Positions 1 to 10,481 are shown, numbered from the stretch's first letter. The stretch is DNA of 64,000 nucleotides from Dehalococcoidia bacterium (GCA_963665385.1 OY762213.1:1833211-1897210); one strand, 5' to 3'. Numbers and translations: made by a program. Notes: a model not told the origin generated them from the letters alone.

Positions 1-570
1 CGAAACCACGTCGCTGACCAGACCGTGCCGCAGCGCGTCGTCCGCCGTGATCATGGAGCCGGTGAACGCCATCAGCTTGGCCTTCTTCATTCCGACCAGC
101 TCCGGCCAAACCATCGGCATCATCATGCTGGCATAGCGGACAGGCGGATAGCCGAACAGCGCGTTGTCCGCCGCGATGGTGATGTCGCAGTGGCACGCCA
201 ACTGTCCGCCGCCTGCCAGCGTGAACGAATGCACCTGCGCGATGACGGGCTTCGGGTTGTTCCAGATTGCTCGGCGATACATATTCGCCGGGCCGTCCTC
301 CAAGACTGAATCAAGCGCCGGGCGGGCGCCGCCGCGCCCCGTCATCTGCACGTTCATGTCATAGCCTGCGGAGAAGCCGCGGCCCGCGCCCTTAATAACG
401 ATGCAGCGAACGTCGTCGTCCGTCGCGCCCTCGTTCAACGCCTGCTCTAGCTCCGCGAGCAGGGGTCGGCTCAGCGCATTCAGGCGCTCCGGCCTGTTCA
501 GCGTGATATACGCGACCTTGCCCTCCGCCGCGTCCTTTGTCTCGTAGATGATGTTCTCGTAATCAGCCAT
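1..570 (-). CDS. Enoyl-CoA hydratase/isomerase (crotonase) family protein; the 3' end runs off the window
   Basis: Reverse-strand translation from the ATG at 568-570 reads MADYENIIYETKDAAEGKVAYITLNRPERLNALS...VIKGAGRGFSAGYDM..., a typical crotonase-fold N-terminus. The frame stays open to position 1. Confidence 0.8.
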   Translation of the reverse strand, partial: MADYENIIYETKDAAEGKVAYITLNRPERLNALSRPLLAELEQALNEGATDDDVRCIVIKGAGRGFSAGYDMNVQMTGRGGARPALDSVLEDGPANMYRRAIWNNPKPVIAQVHSFTLAGGGQLACHCDITIAADNALFGYPPVRYASMMMPMVWPELVGMKKAKLMAFTGSMITADDALRHGLVSDVVS

Positions 571-721
571 CGTTCTCCCTCCCCGGATTCCCTTTGCGCG
601 ACTGCAATGTCGCATCCTTGTCGTCACTAGCTTGCGAATAGCTGTGGCAGACAACGCGAGTGTGGACGCGACGCCGCTAACGTGTCAAGCAACGCGCCCC
701 TATACTCATATGTAAGTCGCT

Positions 722-1432
722 ATGCTCTTCCTTCTTATCGATCTCATCCGACAGGACCCCGGCGCAGCCCTGCGTGTTGCGCCGTTCATCATGACCGCGC
801 TCGGCGCGGGGCTGCTCATCGCCCTCAGTGTTCACGAGTTCGGACATGCCTGGGTTGCCAGCCGACTCGGAGACCAGACGGCGCGTGAGATGGGGCGTGT
901 CACGCTCAATCCATTCAAGCACCTTGATCCGGCGGGGACGTTCGTGTTTTTCGTCGTTGGCTTTGGATGGGGCAAGCCGGTGCCCGTCAACTCGGCCATG
1001 TTGCGCGGGGGGCGGCGTTCGGTTGCATACGTGAGTTTCGCGGGGCCGGCATCCAACTTCATCACCGCCGCCGCATTCGGCCTCTTTATGCGGCTCTACG
1101 GCGTGGACCCTATGACAAGCGGGTTCTTTCTGCTTGACCTGAGCGTATCGGCGTGGTTGAGCACTGCGCTCTCTTTCGTCGTCCTCTACAACCTCTTGCT
1201 GGGCATTTTCAACCTTATCCCGCTCGCCCCGCTTGACGGCTCCCAGGTCGCGTTCGGCATCGCGCCGCGAGAAATCGCGAGGCAGATGCTCAGATTTCAG
1301 CCATATGCCCCCACCGTACTCTTTGGGATAATTGGCATTGACCTTATCCTGAATGTAGGGATTCTGCGCAGCATCCTCATCCCGCCCGTCCAACTTATCG
1401 GACGGCTGCTGATAGGACAGGACCTGCTATAG
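722..1432 (+). CDS. Site-2 protease family (peptidase M50) zinc metalloprotease, membrane protein
   Basis: 236 aa with several hydrophobic helices. HEFGHAW (HExxH) sits in the first TM region and there is an LAPLDG motif, both typical of the M50/S2P family. Confidence 0.8.
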   Translation: MLFLLIDLIRQDPGAALRVAPFIMTALGAGLLIALSVHEFGHAWVASRLGDQTAREMGRVTLNPFKHLDPAGTFVFFVVGFGWGKPVPVNSAMLRGGRRSVAYVSFAGPASNFITAAAFGLFMRLYGVDPMTSGFFLLDLSVSAWLSTALSFVVLYNLLLGIFNLIPLAPLDGSQVAFGIAPREIARQMLRFQPYAPTVLFGIIGIDLILNVGILRSILIPPVQLIGRLLIGQDLL

Positions 1433-1458
1433 GAGCGCGATTCCCGGGAGGAGCGGCC

Positions 1459-2448
1459 ATGACGACGGAACGGCATCGAATAGCCATCATCGGGCTTGGG
1501 CAGATTGGCGCGTCCATCGGCATGGACATGCGTGGATCGTTCAAGGGCGTGGACATCATCGGCCATGACAAGGACCCGGAGACCGCCGGTCTGGCGCGCA
1601 GACGCGGCGCGGTGGATGAGGTCGCCTACACTCTCCCCGGCGCAGTTGAGGACGCCTCCATCGTCGTCGTCGCTGTGCCCGTCACTGCCGTCCGCGAGGT
1701 ATTCACTGTCATCAGCCCCAACCTCTCCGACGGCGCAATTGTCACAGACACGGCGTCCACCAAGATGACCGTACTCCAGTGGGCGGAGGAGATACTGCCC
1801 ACGACTGTCGATTTTGTCGGCGGCCACCCCATGGCCGGCGTTGAGACGCCCGGCGTTGAGGGCGCGCAGTCCGGCATGTTCCAGGGCGCGACGTGGGCCG
1901 TCATCCCGCTCCCGCGCACTAAGCCCAAGTCCATCGACACCGTCGTTAACCTCATCAAGACGCTTGGCGGCGAGCCGTATTTCGCCGACTCCGTTGAACA
2001 TGACAGCCTCGTCGCCGCCATCAGCCACCTGCCCATTGCACTGTCGATCAACTTGATGCGCACGGCCGTCTCCTCACCGAGTTGGCGCGAGATGGCGCGT
2101 ATGGCCGCAGGCAGCTTCCGCGATGTCTCACGTCTCGCCTCCGGCTCCGTTGAAATGCACCACTCCATCTTTGCCACAAACAAGGACTTCATCCTTCATT
2201 GGATCGATACCTATGCAGACCAACTGCAGGAGATGCGAAAACTTGTGGACGAGGGCGGTGACGCCTTGCAAGAGGCCCTCCAGGAGGCGTACAACGCCCG
2301 CGACGCCTGGCTCCGTGGGCGCGTCGGCGAGACGGAGCAGGATCGACTCTATGACGAAGTGCCGACGGCAAGCGAGAGCGCCATCGGCGTGTTTGGCGGT
2401 GAACGGCTTGCCCGAATTGCCGGTCGCTTCCGCCGAGGCCGCCGCTAG
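1459..2448 (+). CDS. tyrA: Prephenate/arogenate dehydrogenase
   Basis: 329 aa with an N-terminal Rossmann motif IAIIGLGQIGASIG. The core is TyrA-like and the gene sits immediately upstream of aroA. Confidence 0.8.
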   Translation: MTTERHRIAIIGLGQIGASIGMDMRGSFKGVDIIGHDKDPETAGLARRRGAVDEVAYTLPGAVEDASIVVVAVPVTAVREVFTVISPNLSDGAIVTDTASTKMTVLQWAEEILPTTVDFVGGHPMAGVETPGVEGAQSGMFQGATWAVIPLPRTKPKSIDTVVNLIKTLGGEPYFADSVEHDSLVAAISHLPIALSINLMRTAVSSPSWREMARMAAGSFRDVSRLASGSVEMHHSIFATNKDFILHWIDTYADQLQEMRKLVDEGGDALQEALQEAYNARDAWLRGRVGETEQDRLYDEVPTASESAIGVFGGERLARIAGRFRRGRR

Positions 2449-2463
2449 AAAGGACACGCGACC

Positions 2464-3768
2464 ATGGACACCGTTCGGCTTACTGCTCCGTCGCGTCTCG
2501 AACTCGATATCGAGTCGCCCGGCGACAAGTCCATCGGCCATCGTTCCCTCATCCTGAACGCCGCCGCCAAGGGAGAGGCCACCGTGACGCGATTCCCTCG
2601 CGGCGCAGACACCCTCGCCTCCTTGGCAATTGTCCGCGCGCTTGGCGTCCGCGTTACGGAGCTGGACCGCGCGCCGGACGGACACTCGTCCACCTTCCGC
2701 GTCCGTTCCAATGGCGTGCAGGGCCTCACAGAGCCTGATCGCATCCTCAACGCCCGCAACAGCGGCACAACCATGCGCTTGATGCTCGGCCTCCTCGCCG
2801 GCGCTCCTCTCACTGCCGTTATGAACGGGGACAGCTCCTTGCGCGGCAGGCCCATGGGGCGTGTTGTTGAGCCGTTGCGGATGATGGGTGCGCACATTTG
2901 GGGGCGTAACAATGGCGCGCTTGCCCCGCTCACTGTAAAAGGCTCCAATCTCTCCGGCTTTACCTATGAGATGCCCGTCGCCAGCGCACAGCTCAAATCG
3001 TGCCTGCTTATCGCCGGCCTCTCAGCGTCGGGCAAGACGACCGTTATAGAACCCGCTCCGTCCCGTGACCATACAGAGCGCATGGTATCCGCCATGGGCG
3101 CGCGTATACACAGCGACGGCAACACGATCGAAATCGAACCATCAGAAATGACCGCCACTGATGTCATCGTGCCCGGTGACATTAGTTCCGCCGCCCCGTG
3201 GCTCGTCGCGGGCCTCGTCCATCCAAATGCCCGAATCACCATCCGCGCCGTCGGCATCAACCCCACCCGCACCGGCATCCTGGATGTCCTCCGGGAGATG
3301 GGCGCGAACATGACCATTTCCAATGAGCAGGAGGTGGGAGGCGAGCCCATCGCCGACATCACGGTCGAATCAAGTGATCTGCGCCCCGTTGAGGTGGGCG
3401 GAGCGATCATTCCGCGCCTGATTGATGAACTCCCCGTGCTCACTGTCGCAGCCGCACACGCCGGCGGTGTCAGCCGTTTTCGGGACGCTGCGGAACTTCG
3501 CGTCAAGGAGACGGATCGCATCGCGGCCACGTCCGGAGAACTCGGGAAAATGGGCGCGCGGGTTGAGGAAATCCCCGACGGAATGGTAATCTACGGCGGT
3601 CAACGACTCGGGGGGGCGGTCGTTCGCAGCCACGGGGATCATCGGCTCGCAATGACGACAGCAGTCGCGGCGATGGCAGCCCATGGTGAAACGGTCATTG
3701 AGGGGGCAGACGCGGTGGACGTGTCCTATCCCGCATTCTTTGAGCAGTTGGGTACTGCCGTTTCGTAA
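2464..3768 (+). CDS. aroA: 3-phosphoshikimate 1-carboxyvinyltransferase (EPSP synthase)
   Basis: 434 aa. Full-length similarity to EPSP synthases, including KSIGHRSLILNAAAKGEATV, LGNSGTTMRLMLG-like NSGTTMRLMLGLLAG and RPMGRVVEPL. Confidence 0.92.
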   Translation: MDTVRLTAPSRLELDIESPGDKSIGHRSLILNAAAKGEATVTRFPRGADTLASLAIVRALGVRVTELDRAPDGHSSTFRVRSNGVQGLTEPDRILNARNSGTTMRLMLGLLAGAPLTAVMNGDSSLRGRPMGRVVEPLRMMGAHIWGRNNGALAPLTVKGSNLSGFTYEMPVASAQLKSCLLIAGLSASGKTTVIEPAPSRDHTERMVSAMGARIHSDGNTIEIEPSEMTATDVIVPGDISSAAPWLVAGLVHPNARITIRAVGINPTRTGILDVLREMGANMTISNEQEVGGEPIADITVESSDLRPVEVGGAIIPRLIDELPVLTVAAAHAGGVSRFRDAAELRVKETDRIAATSGELGKMGARVEEIPDGMVIYGGQRLGGAVVRSHGDHRLAMTTAVAAMAAHGETVIEGADAVDVSYPAFFEQLGTAVS

Positions 3769-3784
3769 TCCCGCTCCTCACGAG

Positions 3785-3813
3785 TTGACAGGAGACTTTA
3801 GGTTTCCTATGCG
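3785..3813 (+). promoter_or_regulatory. Candidate sigma70-like promoter upstream of remA-gmk
   Basis: TTGACA at 3785-3790, a 17-bp spacer, then TATGCG at 3808-3813. The -10 is weak and the call rests on sequence pattern only. Confidence 0.2.
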
Positions 3814-3879
3814 GGGATGGTGGGTAAGACTTGAAATCTCTTCTCCCTGAGGGAGAGGGTTAAGGTGGGGGGGTGACCA

Positions 3880-4158
3880 GTGTTAGGTCCGGAGGTACTC
3901 CATATTGGCTTTGGCAACCACGTCATCATGAACCGTGTCATCGCAATAGTTTCTCCGGGCTCTGCGCCCACTCGCCGACTCATCCAGGAATCCCGAAGCC
4001 GTAACGCCGTCATCGACATGACAAACGGACGACGCACCAAGGCCGTGCTCATCACGGACAGCGGCCACGTCGTGCTGGCGCCCATAAACCCGGAAACAGT
4101 TGCCGGGCGCGTCTCTAACACCAAGGGCGGTAATCAGAACGGCGCATACGAGGAGTAG
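3880..4158 (+). CDS. remA: DUF370 / RemA (YlzA)-like regulatory protein
   Basis: 92 aa with [60 protein letters not shown], matching the RemA/DUF370 family. It has the conserved position immediately upstream of gmk. Confidence 0.8.
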   Translation: MLGPEVLHIGFGNHVIMNRVIAIVSPGSAPTRRLIQESRSRNAVIDMTNGRRTKAVLITDSGHVVLAPINPETVAGRVSNTKGGNQNGAYEE

Positions 4159-4184
4159 CAGAGGCCACAGGCTTCGTTCCTCTC

Positions 4185-4769
4185 ATGATCGTCGTCCGGT
4201 CGGGCCCGTCCGCATCCGGCAAGGACGCCGTCGCCGATCGCATCCTGAGCGAACACGCCGACCGCATTTCGCCTGCGATTACCGCGACCACTCGTCCGCC
4301 ACGCCCCGGCGAGGAAGACGGCGTTCACTATCATTTCCTGACGCCCGATACATTTGCGGAACTGGAAGAGTCAGGCCGGTTGTTGGAATCCGCGACCGTG
4401 TACGGCTTTCGATACGGTGTTCCGCGAGAATCCGTCCGCGCAGCATTGGAAAAGACGCCGATAGCCCTGGTCAAGACGGACGTACAGGGCGCGGCCTCCA
4501 TCAAGGCCCTGATTCCGCAAGCGTTGCTGCTCTTCATCACAGTCCCCGATTTCCCCACCCTCGAACGCAGAATGCAGTCTCGTGGAGGCATGGATCAAGA
4601 GACGATGAAACGCCGCCTGCAAGAAGCCCGCAGTGAGATAGAGCGCCAAGATGAATTCGACTACGTCGTCATAAACGAGGACGGCCGCCTTGACGAAGCC
4701 GTCAACGAGACCTGGCAGATCATCGAACGGGAAGCCCCCCGCCCCGAAAGGCGGCCAACCGGCCTTTAG
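4185..4769 (+). CDS. gmk: Guanylate kinase
   Basis: 194 aa with a P-loop-like GPSASGKDAV. The core is guanylate-kinase-like (TTRPPRPGEEDGVHYHF...). It shows the remA-gmk synteny seen in Firmicutes and Chloroflexi. Confidence 0.88.
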   Translation: MIVVRSGPSASGKDAVADRILSEHADRISPAITATTRPPRPGEEDGVHYHFLTPDTFAELEESGRLLESATVYGFRYGVPRESVRAALEKTPIALVKTDVQGAASIKALIPQALLLFITVPDFPTLERRMQSRGGMDQETMKRRLQEARSEIERQDEFDYVVINEDGRLDEAVNETWQIIEREAPRPERRPTGL

Positions 4770-4814
4770 ATTTCACCGGCAGCGTTAGCCAACGCTTCTT
4801 ACAGCAGCCCCTAC

Positions 4815-5588
4815 CTACTCGTCGTCAAAATCGTCGTCATCGTCGCCGTCATCAGGAGGTGGCGCGGTTGCTCCACCTTGCGACTGTGGCAAGCGTGCCG
4901 AGGCGCGGCTTCTCCGGCGGCGCGGCTGTGACGGCACGGACAAGATGGCCTCCCGCAGGTCGGCCACGTTTGCCGCCTGCCGTGCGTCCTTGACGTCCAC
5001 GACAACGCCGCCGAATCCCATATCGCGGAGCTGCTCCATCTCGCCTGCGCCCCACGACAAGGACGCACGTGCCAGAAGGTGGCCGGTGAGGCGGCTTGCG
5101 GCGGCGGCATACTCGATGGCTTGCTCAATCGTCAGGCTCTCGCCCGGCTCCACCTCAATCAGGCTGCCCTCGAACGGTAGACGCTCTATGGCGCGTAGCC
5201 GACGCTCATCAGTCTCTGCTGGCACGATGCCGAAATAATCGATTGATTCGTCGTTCAGCAATCCCACGGGTGTCCCACCGAGAGACACAAAGAGAAAATC
5301 GCACCCGGCCTCACGCAGCTTGGCGAGATCGGAATCTGACAGCCCGTCGACCGCCGCGCCCCAATGCGCGTCTCCGGTTTTTGGTGGCGACTTCACTGCG
5401 CTTGCGCCGTCCACCAGGATGAACTCCGCCCCAGCATCAACAGCGGCTTTGACGGATTTCCCTGTCGGCTTCGTGAATGACGCGATGATGGTAAGGGCGG
5501 GGATAACGTCGCGGGAACCGGCACTGAATCCCAATGGCCGCGCGGGGCCGGACGCCGCGCGTTCGAGTCGATCTCTTAACTTGCTCAC
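4815..5588 (-). CDS. Hypothetical protein with a poly-acidic C-terminal tail
   Basis: 257-aa ORF with no recognisable motif. The C-terminus is PPPDDGDDDDDFDDE. Coding is plausible from length and position between gmk and panE, and the exact start is uncertain. Confidence 0.5.
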   Translation of the reverse strand: MSKLRDRLERAASGPARPLGFSAGSRDVIPALTIIASFTKPTGKSVKAAVDAGAEFILVDGASAVKSPPKTGDAHWGAAVDGLSDSDLAKLREAGCDFLFVSLGGTPVGLLNDESIDYFGIVPAETDERRLRAIERLPFEGSLIEVEPGESLTIEQAIEYAAAASRLTGHLLARASLSWGAGEMEQLRDMGFGGVVVDVKDARQAANVADLREAILSVPSQPRRRRSRASARLPQSQGGATAPPPDDGDDDDDFDDE

Positions 5589-5631
5589 CTTTGGATTATA
5601 GCCTCCCTATCTGGCATTTCACTTCCGATAG

Positions 5632-6576
5632 TCACCACGACAGTTGGCCGCGAGCCTTCAACTCCGAGGGCAGAAGCGCGGCATAGATGGCATCATGGGC
5701 GGGCGTCGGAACATGATGCCGTTGCCCAAGTCGCGGAATCACGCCAACTTGCGCCTCCAACTCCGACGGCCTGCCGGACGCGATGTCACGCTGCATGGAT
5801 GCTGTCCCATCTACGGGTGCCACATCAGCCAATTTCATGGCCCCCTCAACAGCATCGGACGCTAATGAGACCCCCTCCGCGGCTGCAACGGCAGCTATCT
5901 CTTCCATGCACGCTTCCAGCAGTTCCCGCGAACGCGGAACGGATCGAAAGACGCCTATCGGCACCCGCGTCACCGCGCCCACGCCTCCCAACGGCCCGAC
6001 AAACATCAACTTCTCCCACAACGCCGCGCGAATATCGGCGCGCGCCGTGGCAAATATTCCGGCATCAGAGAGCGCGGCGCGAATCTCCTCCACGGTTTCG
6101 GATGCACTGCCGTCCAGTTCCCCAACGGTGATGGTCGGCGGCACACCCGTGTGGCGAACGACGCCCGGCTCGACGATGTCGGTAAAGATACGGCACGTTC
6201 CGCCGATGACATGGCCGCCGGATACCTCTGCAGCGAGCTGGTCAGGCGCTTCCACCCCGTTCTGAAGTGGAACGACCGTCGTCTTGTCCCCCACCATCGG
6301 CCTGATCGCGACACCCGCCTCTGGCACCATCCACGTCTTGACGGTCACGAATATCGCGTCAACTCGCCCCACGTCCTCCGGGTTGTTGGTGGCCGTAAAT
6401 GCGTCCGATGACAGGTCTGCATCCCCTTCAGGACTCTCGATACGGAGTCCTCGGGTTTGCAGGGCGTTAAGATGTGGGCCGCGGGCAATCAGCGAAACAT
6501 CGTGCTTGCCGGTCTCAATGAGTCGTCCGCCAAAGTACGCGCCGACAGCCCCCGCGCCAAAGACGGCTACCCTCAC
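5632..6576 (-). CDS. panE: 2-dehydropantoate 2-reductase (ketopantoate reductase, ApbA/PanE family)
   Basis: 314 aa with an N-terminal MRVAVFGAGAVGAYFGGRL Rossmann fold. The C-terminal domain architecture is PanE-like. Confidence 0.75.
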   Translation of the reverse strand: MRVAVFGAGAVGAYFGGRLIETGKHDVSLIARGPHLNALQTRGLRIESPEGDADLSSDAFTATNNPEDVGRVDAIFVTVKTWMVPEAGVAIRPMVGDKTTVVPLQNGVEAPDQLAAEVSGGHVIGGTCRIFTDIVEPGVVRHTGVPPTITVGELDGSASETVEEIRAALSDAGIFATARADIRAALWEKLMFVGPLGGVGAVTRVPIGVFRSVPRSRELLEACMEEIAAVAAAEGVSLASDAVEGAMKLADVAPVDGTASMQRDIASGRPSELEAQVGVIPRLGQRHHVPTPAHDAIYAALLPSELKARGQLSW

Positions 6577-6584
6577 CGCGCGTC

Positions 6585-7229
6585 CTACGCCGTGCCGAAT
6601 TGGCGGTCGCCTGCATCACCCAGACCGGGCACGATGAAGCCGTGTTCGTTCAAACGCTCATCAAGCCCCGCGATGTGGATACGCACGTCAGGATGATCCC
6701 GCTGCAGCCTCTCAACACCCTCGGGCGCAGCGATGAGGCCGATGTACCGGATACGCTGCACGCCCCATTCCTTGAGCAGGTCGCATGCGGCCGATGCGGA
6801 TCCGCCCGTCGCCAACATCGGATCCATCAGCAGACACGCCTGCACGTCCGGTTCAACGGGTTTGTTGGCGTAGTATTGCATCGGCTCCAGCGTGCGCTCA
6901 TCACGACGTAGGCCGATGTGCCAGACGACGGCGTCCGGCATCATCTCCCAGAGGCCCTCAACCATGCCGAGTCCGGCCCTGAGAACCGGTACGAGACCGA
7001 TGGAGCCGCGCAAACGCTGGCCCGGCGCCTCTGCGAGCGGAGTTGAAACACTCATAGGTTCGGTTGCAAGGTCCGCTGTCGCCTCATAAGCGAGCAACAA
7101 CGTGATTTCCTTCACTAGTTCCCTGAACCGACGTGCAGGCGTCGATTCATCGCGCAAACTCGACAGCTTATCCCGCACAATGGGATGCGTGGACACATGC
7201 ACGCTTGCCTTGGCAGCAGTCTGGCTCAT
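6585..7229 (-). CDS. upp: Uracil phosphoribosyltransferase
   Basis: 214 aa. THPIVRDKLSSLRD, the PRPP-binding LLMDPMLATGGS and C-terminal FIVPGLGDAGDRQFGT are classic UPRTase motifs. Confidence 0.9.
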   Translation of the reverse strand: MSQTAAKASVHVSTHPIVRDKLSSLRDESTPARRFRELVKEITLLLAYEATADLATEPMSVSTPLAEAPGQRLRGSIGLVPVLRAGLGMVEGLWEMMPDAVVWHIGLRRDERTLEPMQYYANKPVEPDVQACLLMDPMLATGGSASAACDLLKEWGVQRIRYIGLIAAPEGVERLQRDHPDVRIHIAGLDERLNEHGFIVPGLGDAGDRQFGTA

Positions 7230-7319
7230 AGAGATAGTGTAGCGCCTGACTTACCCGCAAGCACCAATCTCGCGTGCGCCATCCTGCTAAACTCAGATAG
7301 AGGAGTGTGACTACTGAGG

Positions 7320-8333
7320 ATGACTTCGGGCCTGTCTGTTGACCTTCCGAGCGGCAAAAAAGGCCGTGTGCTTTCCGGCGCGCGGCCGACCGGTCGTTTG
7401 CATCTGGGAAACTACTTTGGCGCGCTGAAAAACTGGGTGTCCCTGCAGGACGATTACGACTGCTTCTATTTCGTCGCGGACGTACACGCCCTCACGACGG
7501 TCGAAGACACGGTGGGCCTCAAGCAAAACACCCGAGAGATGGTGCTGGATTGGCTTGCGGCTGGACTTGATCCCGATCGCAGCACCCTGTTCATCCAATC
7601 GCGCGTCCCGGAGGTGCTGGAGCTTCACGCGTACTTGAGCATGGTGACGCCGATGGGCTCGCTGCAGCGCGTCCCAAGTTTCAAGGAGCAGTTCCGGGCG
7701 CGGGCCGACAGCATGAATTACGGCCTCGTCGGCTATCCCGTTCTCCAGACGGCGGACATCATCATCTATCTGGCAAACAAGGTTCCCGTGGGCGTGGATC
7801 AGGTTCCGCACGTGGAACTCTCGCGCGAGATTGTGCGGCGGTTTAACGGGCAATTTGGCGAGGTCTTTCCGGAACCGGATGCCCTCCTGTCGGAAACGCC
7901 GAGCATCAAGGGGACGGACGGCGACCAGAAGATGTCCAAGAGCCTGGACAACCACATTGAGTTGGCCGCAACACCGGAAGAGACGGCGCAACGTGTCATG
8001 TCTATGGTGACCGATCCGCAGCGCGCTCGACGAACCGACCCTGGCCGCCCCTGGATCTGCAACGTCTATGCGCTCCACCAGATATTTTCCAATGAAGACT
8101 ATACAAAGACGGTGTATGACCAGTGCACGACGGCGGCCATTGGCTGCGTGGACGACAAGCGCGCGCTTGCGGACGCGATAAACGAGAATCTCCAAGCGTT
8201 TCGGGAGCGGCGAGCCGAACTCGCGACACAACCCAACCTCGTCGAGGATGTACTCGTGGCAGGCACGGAACGGGCGCGGGCCGTTGCCATCCAGACAATA
8301 GAAGAGGTGCGAGATCGTATCGGTTTCTTTTAG
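7320..8333 (+). CDS. trpS: Tryptophan--tRNA ligase
   Basis: 337 aa, class I aaRS. A HIGH-like motif lies in GARPTGRLHLGNYFGA and there is a KMSKS motif (KMSKSLDNHIEL). Confidence 0.92.
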   Translation: MTSGLSVDLPSGKKGRVLSGARPTGRLHLGNYFGALKNWVSLQDDYDCFYFVADVHALTTVEDTVGLKQNTREMVLDWLAAGLDPDRSTLFIQSRVPEVLELHAYLSMVTPMGSLQRVPSFKEQFRARADSMNYGLVGYPVLQTADIIIYLANKVPVGVDQVPHVELSREIVRRFNGQFGEVFPEPDALLSETPSIKGTDGDQKMSKSLDNHIELAATPEETAQRVMSMVTDPQRARRTDPGRPWICNVYALHQIFSNEDYTKTVYDQCTTAAIGCVDDKRALADAINENLQAFRERRAELATQPNLVEDVLVAGTERARAVAIQTIEEVRDRIGFF

Positions 8334-8357
8334 AGACCATTCATACAGGGCCGCATA

Positions 8358-9161
8358 GTGACCACATCTCCTGATGGGCTTCCTCTCGCCGCTACCGGCC
8401 GCACAGCGCAGTCTGTCGCACTGGAGGCGGCGCAATACGCGGGCAAGGTCCATCTCCAATATTTCCGCGGCGACCATCTCGGCACCCGGGAAAAACGGCA
8501 CGCGGATGTCGTGACAGATGTCGATGTCTCTATTGAGCGAGAGCTAAGACAGCTGCTGATGAGAGAGTTCCCGTCCGCGGGGTTTCTTGGCGAGGAGACC
8601 GGCGAATCTGAAGGCGACTCTGAATACACGTGGACGGTGGACCCAATCGACGGCACAGCGAATTTCGTGCGCGGTATCCCACACTTCGCAACAACGATCG
8701 CCCTGCTGAAGAACGACACGCCGGTGCTCGGCATCACGTATGACGCGATACGTAAAGACACCTTCTACGCCGCTGCAGGACGGGGTCTCACACTGAATGG
8801 TGTGCCGATGAAGCCAAATTACGCCACGAGTATCGAGGAGGCGAATCTCGGATTCGATATTGGGCCGGAGGAGGATCTAAACGTCCGCGCGTTCGACATT
8901 ATCAGGTCGCTCCTGCCGATGTACCGCGCGCGGCTCATGGGTTCAGGGGCGCTCGGCTTCGCCTATGCGGCAGCCGGAATAATCGATCTGTATTTCCATT
9001 TGGCGCTTAAGCCTTGGGACGTGGCGGCGGGTTTACTGTTCATCCAGGAGACGGACGCGGACGCCGTGTCAATCGACTTTGACGGCGCTCCGGCCACACC
9101 GTGGAGCGGCAGCTACCTCGTCGGCGCACGAAATCTACTGGAGCGCGTGCGCACTGCGTAA
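8358..9161 (+). CDS. Inositol monophosphatase family protein (SuhB/ImpA-like)
   Basis: 267 aa with the IMPase motifs EETGES...WTVDPIDGTANFVRGIPHFATTIAL and the WDVAAG motif. Confidence 0.88.
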   Translation: MTTSPDGLPLAATGRTAQSVALEAAQYAGKVHLQYFRGDHLGTREKRHADVVTDVDVSIERELRQLLMREFPSAGFLGEETGESEGDSEYTWTVDPIDGTANFVRGIPHFATTIALLKNDTPVLGITYDAIRKDTFYAAAGRGLTLNGVPMKPNYATSIEEANLGFDIGPEEDLNVRAFDIIRSLLPMYRARLMGSGALGFAYAAAGIIDLYFHLALKPWDVAAGLLFIQETDADAVSIDFDGAPATPWSGSYLVGARNLLERVRTA

Positions 9162-9195
9162 GGGTTAGCCAAGTCAGATTTCTCGTCGAAGTATC

Positions 9196-9245
9196 TGAAA
9201 AAAACATGGCGGGCGGCTCATATGAGCCGCCCGCCTCTTTGTTCC
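9196..9245. terminator. Bidirectional intrinsic terminator between the convergent IMPase and ACAD genes
   Basis: A near-perfect hairpin GGCGGGCGGCTCA-TA-TGAGCCGCCCGCC at 9208-9235. It is flanked by an A-tract at 9198-9205 and a T-rich TCTTTGTT at 9236-9243. Confidence 0.6.
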
Positions 9246-9278
9246 CAGTGGAACCGGCGATGTATCTACAGTTTTTGC

Positions 9279-10403
9279 CTAGATATCCATCGCCTGTGCG
9301 ACGCGCTCGCGGTGGTAGTCGCCATCACCAAAGGAGACCTCCCATGCCTTGAGGCGTCGCGTGAACAGCTGCAGGTCGTGCTCCTGTGTGAAGCCAATGG
9401 CTCCGTGGCACTGGTGCGCCGTGGCCGCCACACGCTGCGCGGAATCACTGACCCACGCCTTCGCAGAGGAGACCTCGAGGTCGGAGGGCAGGCCCTCGCC
9501 CAGACGCCAGATTGCCTGGTACGTGATGAAGCGGGAGCCATCAACGTCCGTCGCCATGTTCGCGCAATAGTGCTGTATAGCCTGGAACGAGCCGATCGGC
9601 CGACCGAATTGCACGCGGTTCTTCACGTACTCAACGGTCATGTCCAGGACCTCTTGTAGCGCGCCGACCATCTGCGTGCAACGAAGCGCCGCGCCCTTCT
9701 GGAGCAACAGCCGCAGGACGGACCAGCCGTTGCCGGCCTCGCCGAGCACGTTGCCACCGGGAACGGAGACGTTGTTGAACGTCACTTCGCACTGGTTGTC
9801 CGTGGCGATGGTCTTGAGTTTATCGACGGAAACACCGTCGCTCTGAGCATCCACCAACAGCAGTGTGATGCCATCTTCGCCGGAGCCGCCGGTGCGGGCA
9901 GCGACCAGCAGGTAGTCGGCAGCATGAGCGTTTTCGACGAACATCTTTGTGCCATTCAGCGTGTAGCCATCACCCGATGCCGAAGCTTCCAGGTTGATGC
10001 CATTGGCATCGAGGCGAGAATACGGCTCAAGGATGGCCGTGGTCGCGATTAGGTCGCCCGCCGCGATTCGAGGCAGGAACTCCGCCTTCTGCGCGTCCGA
10101 ACCGGCATCAAGGATAGCGACGGTTGTGAGCGCAGTGTTGAAGAACGGGCCTGGCATGACACCATGGCCAACCTCTTCCAAGAGGATACCCAGATCAACC
10201 AGATTCTGGCCGGTGCCGCCGTGTTCCTCGGGAACAATCAGGCCGAGCCATCCAACCTGCGCGATCTTCTGCCACATATCGGCAGTGAATCCGCGGTCAT
10301 CCTCTTCCATGTCCCGGACGAACGTGCGCGGTGTCTCTTGCTCAATGAACTCTCGCGCCATCGACCGTAGCATTTCCTGGTCTTCAGTTAGTCCCAGATC
10401 CAT
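9279..10403 (-). CDS. Acyl-CoA dehydrogenase (canonical family member)
   Basis: About 374 aa from MDLGLTEDQEMLRSMAREF, with a GGAGGGGG RBS upstream. ACAD N-terminal, middle and C-terminal domains are all recognisable. The ORF track's upstream Met is probably spurious. Confidence 0.88.
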   Translation of the reverse strand: MDLGLTEDQEMLRSMAREFIEQETPRTFVRDMEEDDRGFTADMWQKIAQVGWLGLIVPEEHGGTGQNLVDLGILLEEVGHGVMPGPFFNTALTTVAILDAGSDAQKAEFLPRIAAGDLIATTAILEPYSRLDANGINLEASASGDGYTLNGTKMFVENAHAADYLLVAARTGGSGEDGITLLLVDAQSDGVSVDKLKTIATDNQCEVTFNNVSVPGGNVLGEAGNGWSVLRLLLQKGAALRCTQMVGALQEVLDMTVEYVKNRVQFGRPIGSFQAIQHYCANMATDVDGSRFITYQAIWRLGEGLPSDLEVSSAKAWVSDSAQRVAATAHQCHGAIGFTQEHDLQLFTRRLKAWEVSFGDGDYHRERVAQAMDI

Positions 10404-10481
10404 TTCCCCCTCCTGTCTTCCTTTACTCTTTCTTGTGCCCCCCACCAATGCGGGGCTTAGTCTGTGTTCTGTATTCCCTGT

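Noticed and set aside
2128-2895. 255-aa minus-strand ORF inside tyrA/aroA
   Set aside because: It is antisense to two well-supported genes and has a junk composition.
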